A stretch of DNA of 64,000 nt from Christensenellales bacterium (GTDB taxonomy: Bacteria > Bacillota > Clostridia > Christensenellales > UBA1242), in contig JBJETV010000023.1 of NCBI GenBank assembly GCA_051883495.1, positions 30,285 through 94,284 on the forward strand. The letters run 5' to 3'. A program made the position numbers and the translations under genes. This document shows, one piece after another, positions 1 to 9,610 of this stretch (position 1 is its first letter; every line of letters starts with the position of its first letter). Under the pieces are notes generated by a model. It was not told where the DNA came from. It saw only the letters and a program-made list of their open reading frames with translations, and did not search any database.

Positions 1-23
1 AGGGGATTTCCGCATGCGTAAGT

Positions 24-665
24 ATGAATGGACAGAGCAATGTGCTTGTTGCTGTGCCAAAAGAAAAAGCGGAGTTTGCCAAGGATTTTGTAAAACAAAA
101 AATCGCAGAATGTATATTATTTTTTTACAAAAAAGATTATATAGTGTCCAAACTCAACTTTGAAAGACCAAAAACACCATATATGAATGTATTTTTGCAG
201 ACTTTGGTTTGCTTTGACGGGGAGGCGGACAAGCATCTTATCGAACAATGTCTTGATTTTGAAGATAGAGTTTTTGTTGATGCGGTTGTAGCCTTCAAAC
301 TTAAATTTTTGAAAAACAAATGGGAAGAACTCGTTTCGCTTGCCAATGAAAATGTTATGTATTTTCTATCGGAGGATAGCCTGCTAGAACTTATTAAATT
401 CCTTATATCCAATCTAGAACACAGATGTTATGCTGTAAATGTTTTTTCAAAAAGTGATTGTTACTTCCTTTGCGACTTGCAGGGGAAGAGAATTGATGAT
501 TTTATGTTAGAAAAGCAAGGGATTTATGAAGATGGCAACTTGCTTACAACACTGGTCGCATTAAACCCAGAAAAGATAATCGTGCATTGCAACAAATTTG
601 TTAAGGATAAGTTGCTTCGCAATCTATTTAGCCTTTTTCCAAACAGAATTGAAATATGCAAATAA
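24..665 (+). CDS. YtxC-like putative sporulation protein (start uncertain, frame open to window edge)
   Basis: 213-aa ORF directly upstream of the thrS T-box leader, matching the ytxC-thrS arrangement of endospore formers. There is no in-frame stop between position 3 and the ATG at 24, so the gene may begin left of the window. Assignment is by context only. Confidence 0.4.
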   Translation: MNGQSNVLVAVPKEKAEFAKDFVKQKIAECILFFYKKDYIVSKLNFERPKTPYMNVFLQTLVCFDGEADKHLIEQCLDFEDRVFVDAVVAFKLKFLKNKWEELVSLANENVMYFLSEDSLLELIKFLISNLEHRCYAVNVFSKSDCYFLCDLQGKRIDDFMLEKQGIYEDGNLLTTLVALNPEKIIVHCNKFVKDKLLRNLFSLFPNRIEICK

Positions 666-763
666 CCATTGTATTTGACTAATATCTACGATTGAAATCT
701 CGACTTCTTAACCCCAAAAGAAAGTGAAAAGAAGAATTTTGTAGGCAAAATTGATAAAAAATG

Positions 764-1075
764 TTGACATAGTAATTGTTTAGGGGTATAATTTTGTTAT
801 CATAGTGATAGGCAGAAGACAAGTAGCCCAAGCATAACTTTGCCAGAGAAGGCAACATTTGGTGGAAGTTGCGTAATTGATTGTGTTTGGTGTCGAAACC
901 ACTTTGTGCTCTATGCAAGATGCAACTTGACAAATGCAATTTGAGTGGCAAGAAATTCTTGCAATAAAGGTGGAACCACGGAAAGTTAATTTTCGTCCTT
1001 TGATTTTGTTTTTATGCAACAATATCAAGGGGCTTTTTTGTTGTAAAGCCCACAGTTGCAAAAGGTTTAGGGAGG
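764..1075 (+). promoter_or_regulatory. T-box leader (Thr specifier) with promoter and intrinsic terminator, controlling thrS
   Basis: Promoter TTGACA 764-769, 17-nt spacer, TATAAT 787-792. Stem I elements AGAGA and GGTGGAA are present. Specifier context is GAA-ACC-A, with ACC (Thr) at 898-900. T-box sequence AAAGGTGGAACCACG lies at 966-980. Terminator hairpin CCTTTGAT 997-1004 / ATCAAGGGG 1024-1032 is followed by a T-run at 1034-1039. Confidence 0.85.
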
Positions 1076-1080
1076 TAATT

Positions 1081-2808
1081 ATGGAAGAAAAAGAATTGGA
1101 GATGTTTAGGCATGGGTGCAGTCACGTGCTGGCAAAGGCAGTGGATAAGTTGTTTACAAATGTAAAAAACACTATTGGACCAGCGATTGATGACGGATTT
1201 TATTATGATTTTGACCTTGACGAAACAATAACTCCAGATGATTTTGCAAAAATTGAAAAGGAAATGAAAAGGATAATTTCTCTTGACGAGAAGTTTGAAA
1301 GAAAGGTGGTGGACAAAAAGACCGCCCTCGAAATGTTCAAGGATAATCCATACAAAGTGGAGTTGATTGAAGGTTTGCCAGAGGACGAGGAAATATCTAT
1401 ATACACATTGGGAGATGACTGGTGCGACCTTTGTCGTGGTCCTCATGTAAAGAGTAGCAAGGAACTTAAGAATTTTGCCTTTAAGATAAGCAGAGTTAGT
1501 GGCGCTTATTGGAGAGGTAACGAAAAAAATAAAATGCTTCAAAGGGTATATGTTTTTGGCTATGAAAACAAAGAGCAACTGGATGAGCATATTCATATGC
1601 TAGAAGAAGCGAAGAAAAGAGACCACAGAAAACTGGGCAAAGACCTAGGATTATTCTTTATTTCGGAGTATGCTCAAGGTATGCCATTCTATATGCCAAA
1701 GGGTTTGGTGCTAAAAAATGAACTTATTTCCTTTTGGAGAGAAATTCACAAAAAAGCAGGTTATGTTGAAATAGAAACTCCAATGGCTATGAATAGGCAA
1801 CTTTGGGAGGTGTCTGGGCATTGGGACCACTACAAAGACAATATGTACACATTTAACGTGGAAGAAGATACATTTGCAATAAAACCTATGAATTGCCCAG
1901 GTGGAATGTTGCATTATCTACAAAGCAAGCACTCTTATAGAGAATTTCCATTGCGTGTGGGAGAACTAGGCAAGGTGCATAGACATGAGGCGAGCGGAAC
2001 ACTTAATGGGCTATTGAGGGTGAGATGTTTTACTCAAGATGATGCACATATATTTATGCTTCCAGAACAAATTGAAAGCGAAATTGAAAATGTGATGAAA
2101 CTGGTTGACGAAACATACAGAACATTTGGCTTGACCTATAATGTGGAACTGTCAACAATGCCAGACAATCATATTGGAGATGTGGAAACATGGCAAAAAG
2201 CAGAGGAAGCTTTGAAAAATGCACTTGAAAAAATGAATCTTGCTTACAAGATAAATGAAGGTGATGGTGCTTTTTATGGGCCAAAAATTGATATTCATGT
2301 AAAAGACTGCATAGGCAGAGAATGGCAATGCGGAACTATTCAGTTGGATATGCAACTGCCAAAGAGATTCAATTTGACATACACAGATGCTGACGGCAAG
2401 GAAAAAGAGCCTGTAATGATTCATAGGGTTATTTATGGCTCGCTAGAACGAATGATTGCCGTTTTGACAGAAAACTTTGCGGGAGCATTCCCACTGTGGC
2501 TTGCACCTGTGCAAATTGAAGTGATGAATATCAATGATGCCGTTTTGCCTTATGCAAAAGAGGTAAAAGCCAAGTTGGAAGAACATGGGTTTAGGGTAGA
2601 ACTGGATGACAGGAACGAAAAAATTGGGAGAAAAATTCGTGATGCACAACTTCAAAAAATACCTTATATGCTAGTCCTTGGGGAAAAGGAAAAAGAAAAC
2701 AATGTGGTGTGCGTTAGAAGTAGAAGTCAAGGCGACCTAGGAGTGCAATCGTTAGAAAGTTTCTTGAATGAAATCATTTTGGAAAGAGATAGCAAAAAGA
2801 TTATGTAA
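1081..2808 (+). CDS. thrS: threonyl-tRNA synthetase (short form, no N-terminal TGS domain)
   Basis: Tracked ORF 934-2808 trimmed to ATG 1081, which follows GGGAGG. The translation starts in the editing/second additional domain (HGCSHVLAKAV, GPAIDDGFYYDFDL), followed by a class II core and a C-terminal anticodon-binding domain. Confidence 0.93.
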   Translation: MEEKELEMFRHGCSHVLAKAVDKLFTNVKNTIGPAIDDGFYYDFDLDETITPDDFAKIEKEMKRIISLDEKFERKVVDKKTALEMFKDNPYKVELIEGLPEDEEISIYTLGDDWCDLCRGPHVKSSKELKNFAFKISRVSGAYWRGNEKNKMLQRVYVFGYENKEQLDEHIHMLEEAKKRDHRKLGKDLGLFFISEYAQGMPFYMPKGLVLKNELISFWREIHKKAGYVEIETPMAMNRQLWEVSGHWDHYKDNMYTFNVEEDTFAIKPMNCPGGMLHYLQSKHSYREFPLRVGELGKVHRHEASGTLNGLLRVRCFTQDDAHIFMLPEQIESEIENVMKLVDETYRTFGLTYNVELSTMPDNHIGDVETWQKAEEALKNALEKMNLAYKINEGDGAFYGPKIDIHVKDCIGREWQCGTIQLDMQLPKRFNLTYTDADGKEKEPVMIHRVIYGSLERMIAVLTENFAGAFPLWLAPVQIEVMNINDAVLPYAKEVKAKLEEHGFRVELDDRNEKIGRKIRDAQLQKIPYMLVLGEKEKENNVVCVRSRSQGDLGVQSLESFLNEIILERDSKKIM

Positions 2809-2823
2809 TCTCAATAAAAACTG

Positions 2824-2998
2824 TTGACAAATGTCAATGTGTGTGATAAGATAACTGTGTTAAAGTAGAAGTTCCACTTCTCACCGTTTAATAAGTGCGT
2901 TCAAACGGTTGCAATTATCTTTGATTGTAGAAAGTGGACTTTTATGCAAGGTTCACTTTTTTTTGTGAAACTTCAAACAAACTAGGAGGTAATTCATC
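2824..2998 (+). promoter_or_regulatory. L20 (rplT) autoregulatory leader with promoter and attenuator upstream of infC-rpmI-rplT
   Basis: Promoter TTGACA 2824-2829, 17-nt spacer, TGa-TAAGAT 2847-2852. Hairpin ACCGTTT 2883-2889 / AAACGGT 2903-2909. Terminator-like hairpin 2931-2959 followed by a T8 run. Position before infC matches the Firmicute L20 leader. Confidence 0.6.
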
Positions 2999-3514
2999 AT
3001 TAAAAATCAACAACTTTTGAACAGAGAAATCAACTTTCCAAAGGTAAGGCTTGTGGGGGCTGATGGCGAGCAATTGGGCATTATGTCCAGCAGAGAGGCA
3101 CTTTTTGTGGCAGAGGAGCAAGACTTAGACTTAGTCCTTATTTCGCCAAATGCAGAGCCACCAGTCTGCAAGATTATGGACTATGGCAAGTTCAAATTTG
3201 ACCAAGCAAAGAAACTAAAAGAACAACGCAAGGCGCAAAAAATTGTTGAAGTTAAGGAAGTGCAACTTTCTATGACCATTGACACTCATGATGTGGAAGT
3301 AAAGGCAAAAGCCGCCAAAAAATTCCTTGGCAACGGAGATAAGGTGAAGGTGTCTATACGTATGCGTGGTAGGCAACAAGCCAGACCAGAGATTGGTATT
3401 GCCATTATGAACTCATTTGTGGAGATGATGGGAGAGATGTGCACAGTTGAAAAAGTCCCAGAAGTTGTGGGTAGAAATATATTTATGATTCTTGCCCCAG
3501 CCAAAACAAAATAA
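2999..3514 (+). CDS. infC: translation initiation factor IF-3, probable ATT start
   Basis: Translation contains IF-3 N- and C-domain sequence (VRLVGADGEQLGIMSSREAL..., KEVQLSMTIDTHD). The tracked TTG 3017 start would remove the conserved N-terminus. In-frame ATT at 2999 lies 9 nt after GGAGG 2985-2989, and the frame is closed by TAA at 2990. Confidence 0.85.
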   Translation: MKNQQLLNREINFPKVRLVGADGEQLGIMSSREALFVAEEQDLDLVLISPNAEPPVCKIMDYGKFKFDQAKKLKEQRKAQKIVEVKEVQLSMTIDTHDVEVKAKAAKKFLGNGDKVKVSIRMRGRQQARPEIGIAIMNSFVEMMGEMCTVEKVPEVVGRNIFMILAPAKTK

Positions 3515-3532
3515 TATTAAGGAGAAGAGAAA

Positions 3533-3727
3533 ATGCCAAAACAAAAATCAAACAGCGCAGCAAAAAAGAGATTTAGTGTAAAAAAATCTGGAGTTATCAA
3601 ACGCTCAAAACAAGGTAGAAGACACAATTTGGGCAACAAAGCTACTAGTGTAAAAAGAAATTTGAGAAAATCTGCTTATGTCAGTGACGCACAAAGCAAG
3701 ACAATTAAACAGATGGTTCAAGGCTAA
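3533..3727 (+). CDS. rpmI: 50S ribosomal protein L35
   Basis: 64-aa basic protein ([14 protein letters not shown]...) between infC and rplT, with a GGAG RBS. Confidence 0.93.
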   Translation: MPKQKSNSAAKKRFSVKKSGVIKRSKQGRRHNLGNKATSVKRNLRKSAYVSDAQSKTIKQMVQG

Positions 3728-3741
3728 AAGGAGAAAGAAAA

Positions 3742-4086
3742 ATGAGAATTAAAAGAGCAGTTAACAAAAACAAACACAAAAAAGCAATCCTAAAGCAAGC
3801 AAAGGGCTTTAGAGGAACAAGAAGCAAACTGGTAAGAGTGGCCAATGAATCTGTTATGAGAAGCTTGCGTCATGCTTACATTGGAAGAAAACTTAAAAAG
3901 AGAGATATGCGCCAACTTTGGATTGCTCGTATCAATGCAGGTTGCAGACAAAATGGTCTTAGCTACAGCAAATTTATGGGCGGCCTAAAAGCAAAAAATA
4001 TCAATCTCAACAGAAAAGTTCTTGCAGATATGGCAGTGAACGACAAGGCTGGATTTAGCAAACTTGTAGAAGAAGTAAAAGCATAA
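3742..4086 (+). CDS. rplT: 50S ribosomal protein L20
   Basis: 114-aa translation ([14 protein letters not shown]...[24 protein letters not shown]) is typical of L20. Confidence 0.95.
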   Translation: MRIKRAVNKNKHKKAILKQAKGFRGTRSKLVRVANESVMRSLRHAYIGRKLKKRDMRQLWIARINAGCRQNGLSYSKFMGGLKAKNINLNRKVLADMAVNDKAGFSKLVEEVKA

Positions 4087-4088
4087 TA

Positions 4089-4853
4089 TTGGGGGAAAAA
4101 GTGGAAGTTATTTCATCATCAAAAAACAAAATTGTGCAACAATTATCCGAAATAAAGAAAAATTATTCTGCACTTTTTTTGGAAGGTGAAAGACTGGTGC
4201 AAGAAGCAGTAAACTTTGGTTGCAATCCACTTATGATTTTTGTCCAAAAAGATAAATTGGAATATTTTTCTCAAAAATTTCCAATGCTTATAAATGATAA
4301 AACTTATATACTTACATCACATGTTTTTGAAAAGATATGCGACACAAAGACTCCACAGGGCATAGCAGTTGTTGTGGATTTTGTGCTTAAAAAACCTTTT
4401 GTGCCACAAGGGAATTTTCTTGTGGTGGAAAATGTTCAAGACCCCGGCAACCTAGGGACAATATTACGTTGCGCCAAGGGAACGGATTTTCTAGACGTTT
4501 TCTTGATAAATTGCGTAAGCGTATTCAATACCAAAGTTGTAAGAAGTTCTATGGGTGGAGTGTTTGGCACAAATATTTGTCAAATGTCTTCTACAGAGGA
4601 ATTTTTGAAATTTGCACAGAAAAACAACTTACAACTTGCCGTTTTGACGATGAATGGGAAAAATATCTTTGAGATAACCAAAAAACCTAGAAATGTTGGC
4701 CTTGTGTTAGGCAACGAAGGCAATGGAGTGTCAAGTGCTATGCGTAATTTTGCTCAAAACAAATGGTGTGTGCCAATGAAGCATAATCTAGAATCACTCA
4801 ATGTTTCTGTTTGTGCGGGGATATGTATGTTTTATCTTGACAATCTAGCATAA
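4089..4853 (+). CDS. TrmH/SpoU-family RNA 2'-O-methyltransferase (YsgA-like)
   Basis: SpoU methylase motifs VQDPGNLGTILR and LGNEGNGVS. Same position after rplT as B. subtilis ysgA. Start is TTG 4089 or GTG 4101. Confidence 0.8.
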   Translation: MGEKVEVISSSKNKIVQQLSEIKKNYSALFLEGERLVQEAVNFGCNPLMIFVQKDKLEYFSQKFPMLINDKTYILTSHVFEKICDTKTPQGIAVVVDFVLKKPFVPQGNFLVVENVQDPGNLGTILRCAKGTDFLDVFLINCVSVFNTKVVRSSMGGVFGTNICQMSSTEEFLKFAQKNNLQLAVLTMNGKNIFEITKKPRNVGLVLGNEGNGVSSAMRNFAQNKWCVPMKHNLESLNVSVCAGICMFYLDNLA

Positions 4854-4896
4854 AAAATGTTATAAACAATTGAAATCCAAGAAAGGGAGAATTTAG

Positions 4897-5454
4897 ATGA
4901 TTTCTGCAGGAGAATTTAGAAAGGGTGTTACATTTGAATATGAAGGCAATATCTACATTGTAGTTGACTTTCAACATGTAAAACCAGGCAAAGGTGCTGC
5001 ATTTGTGCGCACAAAAATGAAAAATATTGTAACTGGACAAGTTTTGGAAAGAACCTTCAACCCAACAGAAAAGGTTGAAGAAGCCAAAATTGAAAAGAAA
5101 GAAATGCAATATCTTTACAATGAAGATGGCATTTATTACTTTATGGATATGGAAACATATGACCAAATTCCTCTAAACTATGACCAAGTGCAAGAGGCTA
5201 TGAAGTATGTTATCGAAAATATGATGGTTTCTATCCAATTCTACAAGGGTAAAGCATTTTCCGTTTTGCCACCAATGTTTGTAGAACTTAATATCACCGA
5301 TTGTGAACCAGGAATTCAGGGAGATACATCAAAAGCAGGCAACAAGCCAGCAACCTTGGAAACAGGGCTTGTTATCCAAGTTCCTTTGTTTGTAAACAAC
5401 GGGGATAGAATCCGCATCGACACCAGAACTGGTGAATATATGGAGAGAGTGTAA
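4897..5454 (+). CDS. efp: elongation factor P
   Basis: 185-aa translation [43 protein letters not shown] is canonical EF-P. Confidence 0.95.
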   Translation: MISAGEFRKGVTFEYEGNIYIVVDFQHVKPGKGAAFVRTKMKNIVTGQVLERTFNPTEKVEEAKIEKKEMQYLYNEDGIYYFMDMETYDQIPLNYDQVQEAMKYVIENMMVSIQFYKGKAFSVLPPMFVELNITDCEPGIQGDTSKAGNKPATLETGLVIQVPLFVNNGDRIRIDTRTGEYMERV

Positions 5455-5534
5455 TTTTTATTCAAATAATTAAATTTATCCATATATTAAAGTGAAAAAT
5501 AATAATTAAAAGCGAACATCTCAACAAGTAAGTT

Positions 5535-5566
5535 AAACATCTCACAAGTTGAGGTGTTTTTTTTTA
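5535..5566 (+). terminator. intrinsic terminator after efp
   Basis: Stem AAACATCTCA 5535-5544 / TGAGGTGTTT 5550-5559 followed by a T-run. A partial copy of the left arm lies about 21 nt upstream, at 5515-5525. Confidence 0.7.
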
Positions 5567-5656
5567 TTGCAAAAAAGGGTGGAATAGTGGTTATTTTGTC
5601 GTTTATGCTTGATTTGATTATGGGATAAATATACATAGGAGGTAAGAAGGTGTGAT

Positions 5657-6571
5657 ATGTTTGAAGAACTTTTTCCTCAATATATTTTTAAGGCAGTTTC
5701 TCTTTTGCCTATAAAAAAATTGAATGAAATACGATTAAGGCTTAACAAAAAGATTGTGGTTACTTTGCAGGGCAAGTCTTATTATTTGTGCCAGGAGGGG
5801 CTTACTGGCAATGCAGAGAAGGCAATTGTTGCAGACAAATTTTTGATTGATGAAATTGTAAAAAGGGCTTGTGAAAATTCTGTGTATGCTTATTCCAATC
5901 AAATAAAGGAAGGTTTTTTGACACTAAAAGGTGGTGCAAGAGTAGGTTTGTGCGGTGAGGGAGTGTGCGAAAATGGAGGGATAAAAACTTTGAAGAATAT
6001 CAACAGTCTTGCAATAAGAGTTCCGCATGAGGTAAAAGGCTGTTCACTATCAGCAATGGAGTATTTGTTTAGGAATGGTTTTTTAAGCACTTTGATCATT
6101 TCTCCCCCTGGATGTGGGAAAACTACTTTTATAAGAGATTTGATTTATCAGTTGTCGCAAAAAAATTATTGTTACAACGTGCTGGTGTGTGATGAAAGAT
6201 TTGAGATTGCAAATTGCTTTAACGGCATAAATACCCTGGATATTGGCGAATTTTGTGACATAGAGAGTGGAGTATCCAAGAGTTACGCATTCAAAAACGG
6301 CATTAGGGCAATGCGACCAGATATATTGGTAACCGACGAACTGGGGAGCAAAGAAGATTTTGATGCGGTGGTGGAAGCAAGCAGTTGTGGCACTGTCCTT
6401 TTGGCTTCAATTCATGCAAAAGACATAGACGACCTAAAACTGAAACCAAATTTTGAACAAATATTAAAAGAAAAGGTTTTTGACAGGTATGTAGTGCTGT
6501 CTTCTCGCAATGGGCCGGGAACAGTGGAAGGCATTTTTGATGAAAATCTAAGATGTATAAGTTATATTTAA
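5657..6571 (+). CDS. spoIIIAA: stage III sporulation protein AA (ATPase)
   Basis: 304 aa with Walker A PPGCGKTT and a DELG Walker B-like motif. First gene of an eight-gene spoIIIA-like operon downstream of efp. Confidence 0.88.
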   Translation: MFEELFPQYIFKAVSLLPIKKLNEIRLRLNKKIVVTLQGKSYYLCQEGLTGNAEKAIVADKFLIDEIVKRACENSVYAYSNQIKEGFLTLKGGARVGLCGEGVCENGGIKTLKNINSLAIRVPHEVKGCSLSAMEYLFRNGFLSTLIISPPGCGKTTFIRDLIYQLSQKNYCYNVLVCDERFEIANCFNGINTLDIGEFCDIESGVSKSYAFKNGIRAMRPDILVTDELGSKEDFDAVVEASSCGTVLLASIHAKDIDDLKLKPNFEQILKEKVFDRYVVLSSRNGPGTVEGIFDENLRCISYI

Positions 6572-6583
6572 TAGGTTTTAATT

Positions 6584-7075
6584 ATGAAATATCTATTGAT
6601 TTTTGTATGTATTGTGTGTTGCATAATGGCAGGTTTATTGTGTGGTAGATATCTAAAGAAAAGGGCTAAATTCTATTCTGATTTGTGCCTTTTTTGTGAG
6701 GAGTTGATGCTTGAAATTAGGGGGAAATTGCAGACTTTGCCTAATTTTGTATCTACTCACAAAGGAATGTTTGGCAAAGAGTTTTCGATTGTTTTGGATA
6801 AATATGAAAAGTGGCTAGCAGGCAAGATTGAGCAAAAGGACTTTTTTGATATAGAAATATCTTTTTTAAGTGGCAATGAGAATAAAGATGTTTGTGAGTT
6901 TTTGATGGGGCTAGGGAATTTCTTGACAGAGGAAGAATTGGCAAAGTTGGAAGTAAACAAGTCAAAATTTCAACAAAAAAGCAAGACTTGTGATGAAAGC
7001 AAAAGTAAGTTTTATGGAACATATATGAAACTTTTTGTGGTGGCTGGGGTGATGTTTGCGATAATTTTTTTGTAG
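6584..7075 (+). CDS. spoIIIAB: stage III sporulation protein AB
   Basis: 163 aa with N- and C-terminal TM segments. Second position in the spoIIIA operon. Confidence 0.75.
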   Translation: MKYLLIFVCIVCCIMAGLLCGRYLKKRAKFYSDLCLFCEELMLEIRGKLQTLPNFVSTHKGMFGKEFSIVLDKYEKWLAGKIEQKDFFDIEISFLSGNENKDVCEFLMGLGNFLTEEELAKLEVNKSKFQQKSKTCDESKSKFYGTYMKLFVVAGVMFAIIFL

Positions 7076-7090
7076 CAAAAAGGTGGAGGA

Positions 7091-7291
7091 GTGATGGACT
7101 ATAATTTAATTTTTAAGATTGCTGGCATAGGGTTGATAACAGCAATAGTTGCCCAGATACTAAAAAATGTGGGCAAGGAAGAGATTGCGACAGTTGCAAC
7201 ATTGGCAGGTTTGGTGGTTGTTCTTTTGATGGCGGTGAATATGGTTAGCGATTTGTTTGAAACGGTGAAACGGCTATTTTTGTTGTATTAG
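7091..7291 (+). CDS. spoIIIAC: stage III sporulation protein AC
   Basis: 66-aa two-TM protein (IFKIAGIGLITAIVAQILKNVGKEE). Operon position fits. Confidence 0.8.
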   Translation: MMDYNLIFKIAGIGLITAIVAQILKNVGKEEIATVATLAGLVVVLLMAVNMVSDLFETVKRLFLLY

Positions 7292-7341
7292 TTACAAAAA
7301 TTTCTAAATTGGGGAACATAAATATCCAAAATGGAGAACTT

Positions 7342-7728
7342 ATGGAAATTTTTAAGATAGTTGGTGTGGCAATTCTTACTTGTGTTGCAGGGGCAGTGAT
7401 AAAGCAAGTTAGGCAAGAGTTCTTTGTAGTTGTTGTGTTAGCAGGAAGTCTTATCATCTTGTTTATGGTTGTGGACAAGTTGCAGGAGTTGTTCAATTTT
7501 GTTTCACAAATCTTCAACAAAACTGGGCTAGACTATGGCTTTTTTGCAAATCTACTAAAAATATTGGGAGTGGGACTTTTGACAGAGTTTGCAAGTGGAC
7601 TTTGCGTAGACAGTGGCAATACTGCTGTGGCAAATAAAGTAATCATTGCAGGTAAAATTATCATTGCAAGCCTATCTCTTCCAATAATATGGAATCTTTT
7701 GGAGGTGGTGATTTCCATTTTGCCGTGA
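7342..7728 (+). CDS. spoIIIAD: stage III sporulation protein AD
   Basis: Tracked ORF 7309-7728 trimmed to ATG 7342 after GGAGA. Multi-TM protein paralogous to AC. Operon position fits. Confidence 0.78.
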   Translation: MEIFKIVGVAILTCVAGAVIKQVRQEFFVVVVLAGSLIILFMVVDKLQELFNFVSQIFNKTGLDYGFFANLLKILGVGLLTEFASGLCVDSGNTAVANKVIIAGKIIIASLSLPIIWNLLEVVISILP

Positions 7729-7730
7729 GT

Positions 7731-9119
7731 ATGGGATATGATAAAAGAGAATTTAATGTGAAAAAATTATTAAGTTGTGCAAAAATTTATTTTGTTATAT
7801 TAAGTATCATTCTGTTGTGTTTAATAACTTTTTGCTCGATTGTCAAAGATGATGACAAAATAATAGAGAAAAACTATTTTCAAACTATTCAACCGCAAGG
7901 TGAAATTTTTTGCATAAAAAAACATGATAGTTTGGAAAATGATTTGTTTGACAACAGCATTGTTTTTTGCAGTAGTGGGAACGGATTAGTTTTTAGCAAT
8001 AAAGAAGCAAACAACCTGCTTGGAACAGAAAATCTGGAAGAAGAATTGGGTGAAAATATAGACAAACAGTTGGATGACATAGACTTCGATATTTTGGACA
8101 ATCAGATTGACAACCTAGACTTAAGCGAAAAAGATTTTGTTGGCAAAAAGAGTTTTTTGGAACTTGTAAAGAGTTTTATATCTGGAGAAAATGACAGTAT
8201 ATATAATGATTTTATTCCATATGCACTAGGAACTTTGTTTGATTTTGTATTGGAGTATGTTCCTTATTTTGCAGTGATTATTGCGGTTATCATTGGATAT
8301 AGTCTGTTGAGCAATGTTACCGATGATGGTGGCGGAGTGGGAAGGATAGTGTATATCGCTTGTTTTGGCACTGTGGCTACTATTGTTCTAAAACTTATTA
8401 TTGATGTTTTACATTCCAGTTCGCAAGCGATAGGGCTTATGCAAACACAGATGGAGGCTATCTTTCCGATTCTTCTAACACTTATGACCGCTATTGGTGG
8501 GGTGGTGTCGGCAAGCACTTTTCAACCTTTTATGGCGGTTTTGTCTAGCGGAATATCCAAGATGTTTTCTTCCATAATGGTTCCTGTGTTTATATTTAGC
8601 ATAGTATTTTGCACCATAGGAGCAATATCCAAAAATGTTAAACTAGAAAAGTTTTCAAAGTTTTTCACCAGTTTGTTTTCGTGGGTAGTTGGGGTGGTGT
8701 TTACAGTGTTTATAGCCTTTTTATCTGTAAGTGGGCTTACTTCTGCGACTGCAGATTCGATATCGCTAAAAACCGCTAAATTTGCGATAAAAAGTTACGT
8801 CCCAATGGTCGGAGGATACCTGTCGGACGGAATGAGTGTTATTGTTTGTAGCAGTGTTTTGGTGAAGAATGCTATAGGGATTTCTGGGCTCGTATTGTTG
8901 GTCGCAACAGTGTTTGCTCCAATAATAAAGATAGGAATTTTGATATTGCTCCTAAAACTTACATCTGCAATTTTGGAGCCATTGTGTGACAAGGAATTGC
9001 CAGACTTTCTGTTTGCAGTGTCAAAAACGCTTAATATGCTGGTTGTTTGTCTTTTGGCAGTTGGTGTTATGTATTTAATATCAATTTCGCTTGTTATGTG
9101 TTGTGCAAACGCATTGTGA
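7731..9119 (+). CDS. spoIIIAE: stage III sporulation protein AE
   Basis: Large polytopic membrane protein. Start moved to ATG 7731, just after the AD stop. Operon position fits. Confidence 0.8.
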   Translation: MGYDKREFNVKKLLSCAKIYFVILSIILLCLITFCSIVKDDDKIIEKNYFQTIQPQGEIFCIKKHDSLENDLFDNSIVFCSSGNGLVFSNKEANNLLGTENLEEELGENIDKQLDDIDFDILDNQIDNLDLSEKDFVGKKSFLELVKSFISGENDSIYNDFIPYALGTLFDFVLEYVPYFAVIIAVIIGYSLLSNVTDDGGGVGRIVYIACFGTVATIVLKLIIDVLHSSSQAIGLMQTQMEAIFPILLTLMTAIGGVVSASTFQPFMAVLSSGISKMFSSIMVPVFIFSIVFCTIGAISKNVKLEKFSKFFTSLFSWVVGVVFTVFIAFLSVSGLTSATADSISLKTAKFAIKSYVPMVGGYLSDGMSVIVCSSVLVKNAIGISGLVLLVATVFAPIIKIGILILLLKLTSAILEPLCDKELPDFLFAVSKTLNMLVVCLLAVGVMYLISISLVMCCANAL

Positions 9120-9124
9120 GGTGG

Positions 9125-9610
9125 ATGATGAGTGAAATATCAAGTTGGATTTTGCAAATTACGGGAGTTGTGTTGTGTGGAGTTTTGGTAGAGGTCCTTT
9201 TGCCCAAGGGTAAGTTGAACAAAATCCTCAAGACTGTGCTGGCACTGTTTATTATTATGGTTATAATTGCACCTCTAAAGAATAGTGATATAGCCAAATT
9301 AAATTTTTCCAATATGTTTGGTGGATTGAATATAGACAAAAGTTTTGTTGAACGGCGAGAGAGTGAGAAGATAGTTGTGATAGAAAAAACGATTGAAAAC
9401 AGCCTAGCAAAAAACGGATATATGGATACTAAAGTGAATATTGTAGGGGAGTTTTGTGATGAAAAATTGAATATAGAAACTGTTTTTGTCGATTTGACAG
9501 GGCTTGTTCTATTGAGTGATAGTTTGAATATAAATAAATATACAAACATTGTGGCAGTGATAAAAAATCTTATAAATATAAGTGAGGAAAATGTGATTTT
9601 TTATGAGTGA
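9125..9610 (+). CDS. spoIIIAF: stage III sporulation protein AF
   Basis: Tracked ORF 9047-9610 trimmed to ATG 9125 after GAGGTGG. N-terminal TM pair (WILQITGVVLCGVLVEVLLPKG). Operon position fits. Confidence 0.75.
   Translation: MMSEISSWILQITGVVLCGVLVEVLLPKGKLNKILKTVLALFIIMVIIAPLKNSDIAKLNFSNMFGGLNIDKSFVERRESEKIVVIEKTIENSLAKNGYMDTKVNIVGEFCDEKLNIETVFVDLTGLVLLSDSLNINKYTNIVAVIKNLINISEENVIFYE

Noticed and set aside
934-1080. N-terminal 49-codon extension of the thrS ORF given in the ORF track
   Set aside because: This stretch is the T-box leader, containing the T-box sequence at 966-980 and the terminator at 997-1039. A strong RBS precedes ATG 1081, and the encoded peptide (MQFEWQEILAIKVEPRK...) is not ThrRS-like.
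5567-5656. Sigma-E/sigma-G type sporulation promoters upstream of spoIIIAA (and upstream of spoVAC at 45050-45192)
   Set aside because: I could not align convincing -35/-10 pairs to the remembered consensus sequences (ATA...CATACA-T, GnATR...CATnnTA). Calling them would be guesswork without a matrix scan.
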